From Phoronis australis (Eukaryota; Animalia; Phoronida): a stretch of DNA of 64,000 nt. Of this stretch, positions 37,543 to 50,610 are shown in pieces; the first letter of the stretch is position 1, and every line of letters starts with the position of its first letter. The translations under genes and the position numbers were made by a program. The stretch lies in assembly GCA_002633005.1 (NCBI GenBank), contig NMRA01000020.1, forward strand, positions 621,522 through 685,521, written 5' to 3'. Below the pieces are notes generated by a model. It had not been told where the DNA came from. It saw nothing but the letters and a program-made list of their open reading frames with translations, and searched no databases.

Positions 37543-39566
37543 TAAAAAGATCAATGACAGGGCCCAGGTATCAATTCCGGTATTTTTGGCACTTAATCAT
37601 GTTTGAAAGTGTTGTACTGTGTTTGGAAATTTGTTTGAAAGGCTGTTTTTTTTCTGCTCAACAGCTTATGACCTTACTGGATTTAAGGGCCCACCAGAGC
37701 ATTTATAAGTGTGCCCTCCACTCATTTTCAATGTTCTATGTGTATCAAATGCTTTGAGATGCCAGCAGGGTAGTATTCTACATGCAGCTTTGTTGACCAC
37801 TGTGGTCAGTGAGAATGTCCTACTCACATGTGTATGAATGCATAGTATGTGCACCTCTTCATGTACCACATCAGTATTGCCTGTGTGGTTTTGGAAATGT
37901 GTAAGCTGCTTGTGTTGTATGGGCATTGTTGAGCTTGAAATGCTAGTTTTACTCCTATCAATAGCTCATTGCTCCTATAAAACTAGGGATGTATTTATTG
38001 CGACATGTGTCCGTTATTGTTGTTACTAGTTTATTGCTTAACCAGTGTATCTATTTTGAATATTCTTCAAGCCTTGGATGACTGATCTTTTCAGTTTAGG
38101 ATAGTTATTGTTTGCATCCCATGAAGTGAATTACATACTGTCTTTTTTAGTAATTTTATTCAGTGACTCCTGGTGTGGTTTTGAAAATGGTTGTTTTTTA
38201 GGCTGAAATGCAGATTTTTTACTAAGTTCTGCAATGACCCTGTCATTTCCACATGGTTATCTTGAAAAGCAAATTCTTGTATACATATTATTGTCATCTT
38301 GTGAGGTGTGCAATTTATTGCGGTTTTCAGTGACTGGTTTCACCAAGGATAGCAGTATTGTGCACCTACCGGTACTTTGCTCAAACCCATGTTTCATCTA
38401 ATTATATTGATAACTTTTCCTCGTGAAGGTAGTGATCTCAGCAGTTATATCACTTATGGTGTTTTGTCAAGTAGTAGAACCTTGTACTGCTATGACACAA
38501 ATTTTNNNNNNNNNNNNNNNNNNNNNNNNNNNNNNNNNNNNNNNNNNNNNNNNNNNNNNNNNNNNNNNNNNNNNNNNNNNNNNNNNNNNNNNNNNNNNNN
38601 NNNNNNNNNNNNNNNNNNNNNNNNNNNNNNNNNNNNNNNNNNNNNNNNNNNNNNNNNNNNNNNNNNNNNNNNNNNNNNNNNNNNNNNNNNNNNNNNNNNN
38701 NNNNNNNNNNNNNNNNNNNNNNNNNNNNNNNNNNNNNNNNNNNNNNNNNNNNNNNNNNNNNNNNNNNNNNNNNNNNNNNNNNNNNNNNNNNNNNNNNNNN
38801 NNNNNNNNNNNNNNNNNNNNNNNNNNNNNNNNNNNNNNNNNNNNNNNNNNNNNNNNNNNNNNNNNNNNNNNNNNNNNNNNNNNNNNNNNNNNNNNNNNNN
38901 NNNNNNNNNNNNNNNNNNNNNNNNNNNNNNNNNNNNNNNNNNNNNNNNNNNNNNNNNNNNNNNNNNNNNNNNNNNNNNNNNNNNNNNNNNNNNNNNNNNN
39001 NNNNNNNNNNNNNNNNNNNNNNNNNNNNNNNNNNNNNNNNNNNNNNNNNNNNNNNNNNNNNNNNNNNNNNNNNNNNNNNNNNNNNNNNNNNNNNNNNNNN
39101 NNNNNNNNNNNNNNNNNNNNNNNNNNAACGTCAGAAAATATTTGTTTTCTCTTTCTCGCTTATAATGATTTTCAAGGGTTTCCGTTATTCAATTTCGGCA
39201 AGGTCGTCGCTTTCTCGCAAAACTACCGATTGGATGATCAATTACGCACTTATTTGCTCTCCGTTTTAACGTCGATCATCGTCAATACACCTCCAAAAAT
39301 TGTACATCGTCTTTGCGCAAACTACATTATGATTTAATTCTCCCGAAAAAAGTTGACGATCGGATAGTGTTTAAAAGTCTAATTCTAAATTTCTCCAATT
39401 AGTGCACAAATGAAGTAAACGAAAGTAGTTCTGCTTGTCGCGTCAGCTGTTGGTATCATTATCTCGATTTATGACCCACAACGCGTGACTGGACAAAGCC
39501 TTTTCAAATTAGCCGGTGGAGCGTGAGACCCCTGAGGTCGAGTCCTCACGACAACTCCGCGTTATG

Positions 39567-40620
39567 ACCCAGGCGTCGAGAAGACACGATTGTTATCCCG
39601 AGAATGTGTATACTCGGGGTAAACTTCAAAGCGGACATGGAGCGACTAGGCAAGTCTTTCTTTGTCAGCCCTTCCAGTATGCTAATACTTGACAACCATT
39701 CAACCCCAGCCTTCAAGGAATTTGTCACCTCTTGAAGCATCAAACATGTCACCAGCTCACCTCATTACCCCCGCAGCAACGATTTCGTCCAACACCATGT
39801 AACGGCGTTGTGAAGAAGTGCCTACGACAAAGTCTGACGTCACCGTAGCACTACTTGAACTCGGAGCCACGCCGATCGATTCAAAGCTTCCATCACCAGG
39901 GGAACTGCTATTTGGCCGACCAATTTTCAAGACTTTACTGAGCCCCTCTGAGGCTGTTGACGGTGCACATTGCAGAAGATTGGATAAACGAGCTACAAAC
40001 ATGAGGGACCATCATGACAAACGATGCTTGAAACAAACGCTTCCAAGCTTGTTTCGTGGTTATTATGCTAGAATCCGGGACACAGAAACCAAGACCTGGC
40101 GCCCGGGTGCAATCATCATACACCAAGACGGAACCCGTACAGTTATGTTGTTGAAACCCCAAATGGCACTGCGGTAGGCTTCGCAGCAATAGACACCATC
40201 TGCGGGACATGACACCGAAACCTGTCCATTTCAGTGACGACACGCCTCGCTCACGTAAGACATCAGAGGTTCCTGCTAGTGCACCAGTAGCAGCTAAACC
40301 AGAGTCGATCACCAGGAGATCAGAGCGAAATACTTCTAACCGTTTCGCTACAAGGATTATGTTTAAATATTTGGACACCAACTCAATAGGACATTTATAT
40401 ACACAATCATACATAGTTATTTAGCAACAACAAGCTCAAGTTGTCATCATTTGTTACTGTTTTGCAACCCTATTTGCTGGGGGGATGTTGCAAAATCGTA
40501 TTACTGTGTATTCTGTGAATGAAGTAGTACTCTGGGTTGTTAGTCTAGCCTCAAATATAAAGATATTGTCTTAAACCTGATGTCTTCATTATCGCCTGTT
40601 ACTCGTCAAAAATGCTTCAA
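39567..40620 (+). mobile_element. Gypsy integrase remnant, polypurine tract and start of 3' LTR
   Basis: GVEKTRLLSRECVY, IKHVTSSPHYP, PSPGELLFGR, SYVVET and SNRHHLR in broken frames. GGGGGGA (40479-40485) is followed by TGTTG. The LTR end is uncertain. Confidence 0.8.
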
Positions 40621-41614
40621 TTATCGAGTTTTTCATAGCCCAATTTGGAATACAGAATATTTGACGTCACAAAGCACGTGACGACTCAAACAAAGTAAAG
40701 CGACATCATACGGGACATTCGACAGCAATGTCGAATCCACTGGCGTACGCCTCTACGTTTAGAAGGGTGGCGTTGCCTGGTCATAAGGCCAAGACCAGGA
40801 AATCGCCCAGGAAGGAAGTCCCAAAGTGTCCTGCGGAGTCATGGTAAAACATTTCTAGGGAAAAACACTCCAGTACATTGCGTTGTTAAAAGGATACCGA
40901 ACCCGATGATTTTCATCGTCATGTACCACTAGCTCAATTTTGAATCAGAAACAAGTGGCTTGTCACCCCAGTTAATCCTCAAATGTTTGGAACAAGTTTA
41001 AAAAATACTCTTTACAAGTCCTACCAACTTGACAAGCGCGACTTGTTTATTAGCGCTTTTGGGTAAATTTATAGACAGCCATGGAGAATCCCATAAACAA
41101 TTTGGGGAATTAAAACAGATGATCACCTGTGACTGAAAAATTGCTACTTATTCCCTCGAGTGAGAAAACCATCATTCAGCTTCTCTGGTTCGAGGTGGGT
41201 GGTATCTTTCCAAGAAAGCGTCGATGTACTGGCATCGAGTTTTCAAAGTCTACATGCATTTGAAGTCCACTCAGTAGCTGCCAGAGTGGGCAGGTGCTCG
41301 CAAAAATCTGCTGCCGCAGGTGGCGAAGCTGGTAAGATATTGGCGAAAAGTGATAGCGACCTAGGTCGAGTAAAGCTTAAAGTGTCAGAACCTTTAGGCC
41401 TGGTATGCTAGCACACGGTATAGTATTCAAATGAGTTAGGTTTAAGCTCATTGGTTTGACGCTTGCAATTTTCACGTTGATGACCCTTGGGAGAATTGAT
41501 TGAATATTCATATTGTGTCAAATTTTGAGATGTAATTCAGTTATTTTCTGGCTCCAGAGAGCCTAACCTAGAAAATATTGCACGAGAAGGAACTATGCAG
41601 AAATGGCATCCCCT

Positions 41615-43470
41615 ACCCCTTAGCGTGAGAAAAAGTCCACTGAAATCGAAGTAATTTGACGAACAAAATGGAAAACAAAAAAAACATCATGGCATACACT
41701 AAATAGCGGATGAAAAGACAACTCGGTACATGTCACACAATTTCGTTTTATATTTCTAATTGAAGTACACAAAATTAATATATTCTTGTTTAAAGTAAGA
41801 AAATTGCAAACACCGAAAGGTTACAATTGGCCTTCGGTATTAAAATGAAAACCAAGATGGCTGACGAAATGGCCGGCAATTCTATCGACACTAACTTACC
41901 CTGTGTAAACTTTTAAACGGTTGTAATAATAACGTTTCAGTCAGTCAGGTGGAACGACATTTGTTGATTAAGTTACCAAGTATATCCACTACACTGTTGT
42001 TTTTGTGGTGGAGGTGGTCCATCAATTAAAGATCCGTCGTGTTCGAAAATTGAATAGAGATGTTTGATACTGGTCTTATCTTCAGCGGTGAAATGGTAAT
42101 CAGGTCGAAGATACGCAAAAGTGAAAAGCGAGCGAAAGATTTTGGACTTTTCATGTAGTTTACTGCACAATGTCAGTTACTCAATAATAAATATGGCAAA
42201 GTGACTCAGTCAGACATAATACAAACAGCAGTAGAGAACACGGTACAATCATAGCCCACTATATTTATTGCTGATAATACCGGCTCGTTGATTCTCTTGG
42301 GCTATCGTGCAACTCCTCAGCTATTTCCCTTTACAAGAGATGGAAAAGCAAGAGAAGATTCTGGAACACCAATAGATTGCGACCCTCTTTTGGTACCGAA
42401 CTATGCTCGCTTATACCATTTATGCATGCAATAGTTGGTTGCCAAACAACATCCGGGTGTTTGGCATTGACAAAGATCTTCATTTCAAGAAAACTGCTCT
42501 TTCGACAACTAAACAAAAACGCTGGGATAGTCTCTAGACCCATGCAGTTGAGATGGTGAAAGAGTGATTCCCATGCTTTATGGTGTAGCAAGTGCAGAAT
42601 AGTTGGATGATTTACGACAAACAATTTTACAAAAGGTGCCATCAAGCGTTGCTCCGGTCCAAGTACAAGCATTACCATGCAACGACTGCTAAAACAACTT
42701 AATTTCATGTTGCCAGAGAATACGACCAAGTACAGCAGCACCAAACAACCTGTTCAAAGTGGCATGATTCTCACCGTGTAAGTCTGAGTGTAGTCTAAGA
42801 GATACACGATCAAGAAGGCAGACTTGCCTTGATCGGTTCTATATGGTGGAGAATGCTGTGTGGAAGTTGCTTTAACTGAAGACAAGCTAAAATTAGTTGC
42901 TTGGTTATTGAAGTCTGTGAAGAACAGAATCCATGCTTTATTAAGTTCTTCCTAAAACAGTTGTTTGGTGACCATCTTGAAAAATGGCGGAAGTCGTAAG
43001 CACTTCTAAACGCAATGCATCTGAACGGGCTATTCGATCCAGAAACTCACGCCAAAATTCTTAAATCAAGACATCATATCTCTTCGTTCGGACGCTGTCT
43101 GGGTCTCAGATTTCGACAGCCATATAGAAAAATTGAAAAACTCTCCACTACAGTCAACGGATCAGTTGACTCTGAAGGTAACAACTCGTCGCTTGAAGCG
43201 GAAGCACCCCTTCATTCAGAAGCTGGGCCTCAAAATATTTCTGGCGGCCATTTTGGCGAGCGGAGTCACTACAGGCATTGAATATTACTTTCAGTGGACG
43301 TGTTGGGCTAAAGGACTTGGGCAAACACTTTTTTAATTTCCATTCCATCACATCCTCGTCTCCATTTATAGCGATTACTAACCATTCTGGCAGCCATTCG
43401 GTCCGCCACCATGAAAAAACAACTTCAACCGCTCCAATTTCGGTGGATTGTTTTTCCTGTTAGCGGTTTG
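41615..43470 (+). mobile_element. Internally deleted XPG/PIN-nuclease DNA transposon (Academ-like)
   Basis: Remnant MHAIVGCQTTS (H3TH-like). The 3' region (AAAATGGCGG motifs, 43380-43470) is similar to 62545-62630. The left end ACCCCTTAGCGTGAGAAAAAGTC is the inverted match of 62607-62630. Confidence 0.6.
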
Positions 43471-43662
43471 GAGAAAACCATTCACGTAATAAATCCTTCT
43501 CTTGCAATTTCCTTAACAAGGATGAACATTTGGAAAAGTTGGAACAAGTTGTCCCTCAATATATGCGTCACGTAAACTTTAAGTTTACTGAAAGGTCATC
43601 GACTTGGATATAATATGCATGTTTTTGGTTTTCTTATCAATTTTGCTATTCTCGTTACATAG

Positions 43663-46096
43663 GGAAAAGACTGGCAATAATCCAAAGGTCGTTAGTAGAA
43701 ACCAACTGAAATCAAGCCTGTCTTCAAATAAAGACCGCCTTAAAGCTCTGGTGCTGAAAAAGATACCTAAAGAAGAACTTTTAACAATTCTGAATAAGAA
43801 AAGGGAATTAGAAAAAGCCTTTCAAGGGAAGAGGCAGCTAAATGTATGCTCTGATAGCTCTAATAACACCACAGAAGAAATTTCAAAGCGATTTTACCAA
43901 AACTCTTATAACGCTGGTCGACAGCAAGAACACATTTGTGAACGAGAAAAACTCTATGTTGAGTTGAGTATGACTACCCTTAATGCTACAGTGGCAGACA
44001 GAGTGGTTCTTTATTTTCTGCAGGCTGTAAAAGAAATTCTCAAGCCTCATTACTGTTGGACCAATAGTGTCGTATCCAGAAAGAGTATGTGCACACCAGA
44101 AGTGTCTCCAGTCGCGACACACGTTGCGGCCACAAGACAAAGTGTGCTTCTGAAGGATGCCACGCAGGACAGAAGATTTAATAACAGGTCTGTAGTCAAC
44201 AATGAACTCTCAGTCATCTGTATTCCTTTAATTAACGTCGACAAGGAACTAGTTGGCGTTATTGAGTTAAGCAGAGGCCAAGAAAGACCACCGTTTACAG
44301 AAAAGCATTACCGTATTGCCGAGGGGTTCATTGTGTGGGCGTGCCTCGGAATCAACCAAGTGATGCAAAAGTTTGTCAACAAACAAAAAAAGAAATTGAA
44401 TACTTTCCTGCTGGATGTTACCAACGACATATTTTACGACGTTAGACAACTTCACAACGTGATGGCGAAGACAATGACTCATTCTAAAGCCCTCGTAGGC
44501 GCTGAACGCTGCGCCGTGGCGTTTTTGGACAAGCTTCACAGTGAACTTTGCGTGACATTGCGGGACGTGGGTGAACAAGATAGTTCAGGGCAGCCGGTGT
44601 ACTCGAACCTAGTCAAAAGTCTGAGGTTCCCTGTCAGCGAATCTTTCATCCAACGCATTGCCAGCTCGGGAAATATATTTGTCCATGACAAAATGGACCA
44701 AAAGTTCACCAGTTGCGTTAAGGTTCTAAGTGAGCTTTGCAACGTGGAAGTGAGGAACATGATTTATAATTTTGTTGTGTACAAAGGCGAGACCCTTGGA
44801 ATGCTAGCAGTTCTAAACAAGCCAGAAAACGAAACCTTTTGTGAAGAGGACGTTGAAATGTTGAAAGTGTTTGGTGGCTATTTCTCGATAGCGCTAAATT
44901 ACTCAAAAATTTACAGTGAGATGAAAGTGAAAGAAGACTGTGCTAACGTTGCTATAGAGCAACTTCAAAGCCAGGCTATGAAACAAGACAAGAGTCTGGG
45001 AGAGAACTTGATGAAGAATCCTATCACGAAAGACAACGTTCCACAAGATATCTACTCTCACTTGTTTTCTATCGAGGATAATATTAAGGGTATATTAGAT
45101 AGTCTGTTCATCTTCATGGTTCACGATTTATTTGGTAACATACTGGATGAAGTAAAACTCTGCAGCTTCACAGAGGCTGTGTACCGTAACTACAGAACAG
45201 TGCCTTATCACAACTGGCAGCATGCCTTCTATGTCTCTCATTGCATGTACATAGTTCTGAAAGACCCCATTATGGTCACAGGTCTTACCGAGCTGGAGCG
45301 ATTGGGCCTTCTCATTGCTTGCATTTGTCACGACTTGGATCATCGCGGATACAATAACACGTTCTTCGAGAAGTTGAACCTTCCGCTCGCTGCCTTGTAT
45401 TCGACATCCGTGATGGAGCAACACCATTTTCACACGACGGTGCTAATTTTACAACAGGATAGTAACACTATTTTCGACCACTTCTCAACAGAACAATATC
45501 AGGAGATGCTGGCATTTATACGACACGCTATTATTTCAACGGATTTGTCTGTTTACTTTGGGCTCAATAAGCCAAAGCTAGAAGGTTTGGTGAAAAGTCA
45601 AACATTCGATGTTTCTAACCCTGAACACAAAGATGTGATGATTGCAGTCACTATGACTGCTTGTGATTTGTGTGCAGCTGCCAAACCTTGGACGCATCAG
45701 GTTAAAAGTGTGAAAGCTCTCTACGATGAGTTTTACGTTCAAGGTGACATCGAGAAAGATCGTGGTTTCGAGCCAATAGCAATGATGAACCGCGAAAACA
45801 ACGAGAAACTTGCCGACCAGCAAAGTGGATTCATGAAGTTCGTAGCTGTTCCTTTATACTCGACTCTTGGAAAAGTGATTCCCGTGGTCAAAGAAATAGA
45901 AGCCACCGTCAATGCAAATTTGGAAAATTGGATTAGAATCGGTATGGGGGAGACGATCCCTCCATGGGAGCCATCAATGACTTCAACCATAGGTACAGAC
46001 ACTGCATGGGCTCACAAAGAATCACTCCGTTCGGTAAAGTCACTGTTCCCATTTAACGAGGCAGAAAACATCAATCAAAAACCAAAGAATCACTAA
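43663..46096 (+). CDS. PDE10A: PDE10-like GAF-GAF cyclic nucleotide phosphodiesterase, single 2.4 kb coding exon; start at ATG 43619 or in an unidentified upstream exon
   Basis: Frame open from 43604 to 46096. YHNWQHAF, CHDLDHRGYNN...PLAALYSTSVMEQHHF, MTACDLC, EF..QGD and QSGF (invariant Gln plus Phe clamp) match the PDE10 pattern. GAF-B has NK...F..D.E. A pyrimidine tract and catag acceptor end at 43662. AATAAA at 46274-46279. Confidence 0.9.
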
Positions 46097-46748
46097 ATGG
46101 AGACTTGGTGAACAGAGTCATAGTTATGTTTTAACTACAGTTAGCATTTAAGATATTCCTCGCTAAATCAATGTATCTGTATTGTTAAAATGCCTAGACT
46201 CCAACGCATTGGAACATCTTCTTAGTTCTGTTATTGCATGAATCAAGTGACTTCAAAACGTCGTTGTAAAAGCAATAAAATAACTTAAAGAAGTACTAAA
46301 ACTCTTTTAGAGAACAGAAAATTGACTCAAACATAAAGGGGCAGACTACTGGCAAATTAATCAATCGCGAGATTGACTTTCGCTGTTCCTTCTCGACCAC
46401 GCCTTAGACAAAAGAATGGCCGCAAGCAATCAAATGTGGGTAAGTGATAGGCCGGGCGATTTTTGAATATTTGTTACTCTGTAAGCGGTCATTTCAAATT
46501 CAAGGACGGCGACTGGCCTGTGAACCTCGCGTTAACTCTTTCAAACTTTTAACTTTCCTACTTGAGTAAAGATGGGATATTTGGAAGTCTGTGAGAAGAG
46601 ACTTTCGATCACGGACAAAAGCCGGGGACAATAGGGTCCACGTTCCATTAAAAGTTACTCTAAGCGCTTGAATTTAGAACAAAATTCTTCCTGTATTACT
46701 GTATTGAATGGCTAATTTAACGTAGAGAAACTTTTCTCAGGCTGGTGG

Positions 46749-46909
46749 TGTTATAGGATATCACTTCATATGTATGTAGTTTGGTAGTTCATATATGTGA
46801 TGTAGGAGGGCGCTACACACTATACTCTCTCTCTAGTGTTCACCAAATAAATGGCTGAGCTATGGCTACCAGAGTCTCTTGTATTTTATTGAAAATACAC
46901 AACACAACA
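46749..46909 (+). mobile_element. Short LTR (TG...CA, internal AATAAA)
   Basis: TGTT...AACA ends, directly abutting Gypsy RT sequence; ~90% identical partial copy at 54263-54370. Confidence 0.7.
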
Positions 46910-48822
46910 TAAATACGCAAATACCCAATTCAGTTAACTGAAGAACTTAAGGCCAAGCTTAATGAAATGCAGAACCTGGGTGTGATAGCAAAAGTGGATG
47001 ATTCTATGGCTAGTGAATGGGTTAACTCTCTAGCATTTGCTAGAAAACCCAATTAATAGCGAATTGAGAGTATTTATTGACCCTAAGGATCTCAACTTGG
47101 CTATAAAACGTACCTATCGCAAAACCCTACACTTGAAGAAATTAGCCACAACTTGCACGGGTCCACAGTTTTCTCAAAGGTAGATGCAAAGCATGGCTAC
47201 TGGAGTATCGAACTTGACGAACCCAGTAGTAACCTATGTACTTTCCAGAGTCCTTTCGGAAAGTACAAATTCTGTAGACTACCCTCTGGACTATGTGTAT
47301 CGCAAGATATCTTTCAGAAACACATGGATGACGTCATTAGGACAGCTGGTCATGGTGTCATAGGCATAGCAGACGACCTAGTAGTCTATGGCAATAACTT
47401 AGAGGATCATGACAAAGCCTTGCATAGAGTCATGGCAGCCGCCAGACAACATGGACTTGTACTCAGGGCTAAAAAGTGCAAAATTCGACTGGAATCAGTC
47501 ACCTTCTTTGGCCTTATCTGGTCACGGGACGGCATAAAGCCCGACCACAGCAAATGCGACGCACTAAAAAGCAAGGATGCACCCAAAAATGTCCAGGAAT
47601 TACAAAGCTTCCTTGGATTAGTACAGTACCTTGCACCGTTCATACCGCCTTTTGCTAACAAGACACACATACTAAAATAACTTTGCAAAAAACATTCTGA
47701 ATCGAAATGGTGTGCCGAACACCAATGAACTGCAAAATGCAGTAAACTGTTATATGTAGTTGCAGTATTTTGACCCTAAGACTCCCGTACAGACAGAAGT
47801 AGATGCTTCAATGAAGGGTTTAGGAACCGCTTTGATTCAGAACGGCAAACCCATTGCATTTGCATCCAAAGCCTTGACTCCTACTGAATCCAGATATGCA
47901 AACATTGAGGTGAGCTCTTGGTCGTTGTATACGGCCTCGAGAAGTTTCACACTTACATGTACGTGTACTGCAAGCTAGTCACAATCTATAGTGACCATAA
48001 GCGGCTTGTGAATATCAAGTTGAAACAGCTTGGTAGAGCACCCCCAAGATTGCATAGAATGTTATTGAGAATAGAGCCCTATGAAGTGAGCCTTTGTTAC
48101 AGGCCAGGTAACAAAATATGCTATGCTGACTATCTCTCACGAGTGTCCCCAACCACTGGATGATTAACTATAGAGATTGGTAAAGCTATACATGTTATTC
48201 AAATATCAGAGGGTCAGTTGGAAAACGTGAGAACTGCATCGAGAACTGATCATGAGCTTAGTAGTCTAGGTGAACAAATTAGAATAGGATAGCCAGACGA
48301 AGCAAAGTTAGTTCCGAAAACTATTCGTAGCTACTGGTCTAACAGATATTTCCTATCTGTAGAAGATGGATTAGTATTGTATGGCTCTCGACTAGTTATC
48401 CCTTCGAGTATAAGGAATGAATATCTTGATCGCATTCACACTAGTCATTTAGGTCAGACCAAATGTATACTCAGAGCTAAAGAATCGGTATATTGGCCCA
48501 ATATGACTTCAGATATCACTCAGTGAAGGATTGTACGATTTGCTTACAAAACGCCAAAAACAATCCCAAGGAGCCTATAATGGCCCACGAAATTCCTTGT
48601 ACTCCACAGTGACTACTTCCAGTTGGCAGCTGGTGACAAGTACATCCTGTTAGTGGATCAGTTCAGTAAAATCCCATTTGTAAGAGCTGTGAAAGATGAG
48701 TCAGCCAGAGAAGTCATTAAGTTTTGCAAAGACCTCTTTGCTGCTCACGGCATACCCAAAATAATGTACTCAGAAAATGGAGCACAATATGCTTCAGCAG
48801 AATTTAGGAATTTTGCTCTTAA
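46910..48822 (+). mobile_element. Ty3/Gypsy pol remnant (RT-RNase H-integrase); gag/protease deleted, 3' truncated
   Basis: FSKVDAKHGYW, IADDLVVYG, EVDASMKGLG, SDHK, IHTSHLGQTKC..RAKESVYWPNM and S(E)NGAQY motifs; several stops and frameshifts. Confidence 0.92.
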
Positions 48823-50610
48823 AGGCCTATGGTCCGAGTTATAGAAGAAAAAAACCTCTTAACGCCGTTTAAGCTGTTTTTTTGATGTGAAATGGAGTTC
48901 AAAAAGTTATTAACTTTCAAGTTGTGCAAAAATTTTGAAAAAAATCGTAAATACTACAAACGAATGAAATGTTTTGCAAAGAATTTGGTATCCGGGATGC
49001 TAAACAGATTATAAACATTGCAACAACGCATGCGCAGCCACAGATCTAGAGGTCAACAGAATTAATACAAAACAAATGGCGGAGACTAGTAGGTCTATGT
49101 AGTGTACGTCCGAAGGCGAAACTGGCAGTCGTCCTGCTCTACAAGATTCAGAAAAAGACGTGTTAGCCAGTACAAAAAGCGGCATTACCAACAAACCGTG
49201 TACCTGTAAGAGACTCGTTCGATAGGTGAGAAACAATGAGGACAAAACTGAATGTTCGAACTCGTGAAGGTTTTACATTACAACAAATGAACAATACCAG
49301 GCTTTCGATGGACAAGTGTAAGTCAATAAGTGTGCTGTTTGTGAAATGTTCAATGACTCGTACATGTATACACGGTTAGAGCATTCACTGATGGGTGACT
49401 GATCTCAGTCAGCATACATCGGACTCGAATCATTTTGAAGAGCCTAAATTCGATCAGCTGTTCAGTTTTTGTTCTAATACTACTAGTAGTAGTACTGATT
49501 CACGCTGACCCGGACTAGTTGCACCATGTTAGTGTTTTAACAGGTAGTTAAAACTGGTAAGGCCCTTTAATTCTAACGTCGACATGGCGATGTTTTGGGG
49601 GAGTTGCAGTCAGTATGGAGGGTTAACTTCGGTCCTGAATCGAAGTTAACTGTGCCACTTGACTTCACAGTAGACAAGCGGAGCGTCGATACTGTGGTGT
49701 ACGGTAGTATGAAGGATCAACATCGGTTATATCGAAGAAGTTATTGTTAGGGGCCACTGCTATCATCGACAATTACAGGGTAATCCCGTCGCTAAAAGCT
49801 GCTCATATTTTGCTCGAATAGTTACTAATCGAATTAGAAGTAGGTTTTGTGTCCATTAGCACATGTCAATGTTCCCAAATTATCACATTAAAAAATCCTG
49901 GTGTACAAGTGTTGCATCTGCACTACGTTGCTATTACTTCGATGACAACATCATCAGCTACAGTTTACTTAGACATCCAAAGCCGGTAAAAACGGTTCAA
50001 TTAACTTTCCAGTTCATGTCGACACCTGCTCAGACCGAAATCAAGTACAAAAGGGCTTTTAGATCGATTTCAACTAGCACTGTAGCAGGTGGTGTAAAGA
50101 ATTGTGGCGGGAGAGGGGGGGTGTTTGTAGGATGTGTTAGGGACTTCGCCTGGCCACGCCAATAGCTTTATTAGAAAGCTCATATCAGTGTTTGTCGTAC
50201 TGAGTACAGTGGGGGGGGGGGATAAGTCTTGGTCAAGATGGCTATACTTGAGAATGTCTTATTAGTTTTGCTTTATTTTTTCCAGTTAGGAGAATACTGA
50301 CCACCTACAGGGGCCCGTGTAACCGTAAGTTGATCTTTCTTATTCCATTAAGTTTTAAAAGAAAGAATAGGTGTGCTAAACTTCAGTTATTGATGGCCAC
50401 TTTTCTCTGTATTTCCATCTTAGACTGTGCAGGTTAGGAGAAAATGGTTAATTGCAATCTGCATGGTCCAGGTACATTACTTGAACTCACAACCTCAAAA
50501 AATTAGCCAGTCAAATCACGTGATTGGAGTACAAATCTTATGTTTTCTCATGTCATGGAATTGCTAAATTTTCGTGTTGTGTATCGAATACAGAGATTAG
50601 GCTATGGCCT
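48823..50610. mobile_element. Possible non-autonomous TTAA-target (Kolobok-like) insertion
   Basis: TTAA|AGGCC at 48819-48827, exactly where integrase homology stops, and GGCCT|TTAA at 50606-50614. TIR similarity beyond 5 bp is weak. Confidence 0.4.

Noticed and set aside
43604-43662. Confident signal peptide on the PDE
   Set aside because: The hydrophobic stretch coincides with a T-rich pyrimidine tract ending in AG, and the track's start is a TTG. Kept only as an open question.
43883-46002. Minus-strand ORFs overlapping the PDE
   Set aside because: Antisense shadows of a long coding frame with no recognisable motifs.
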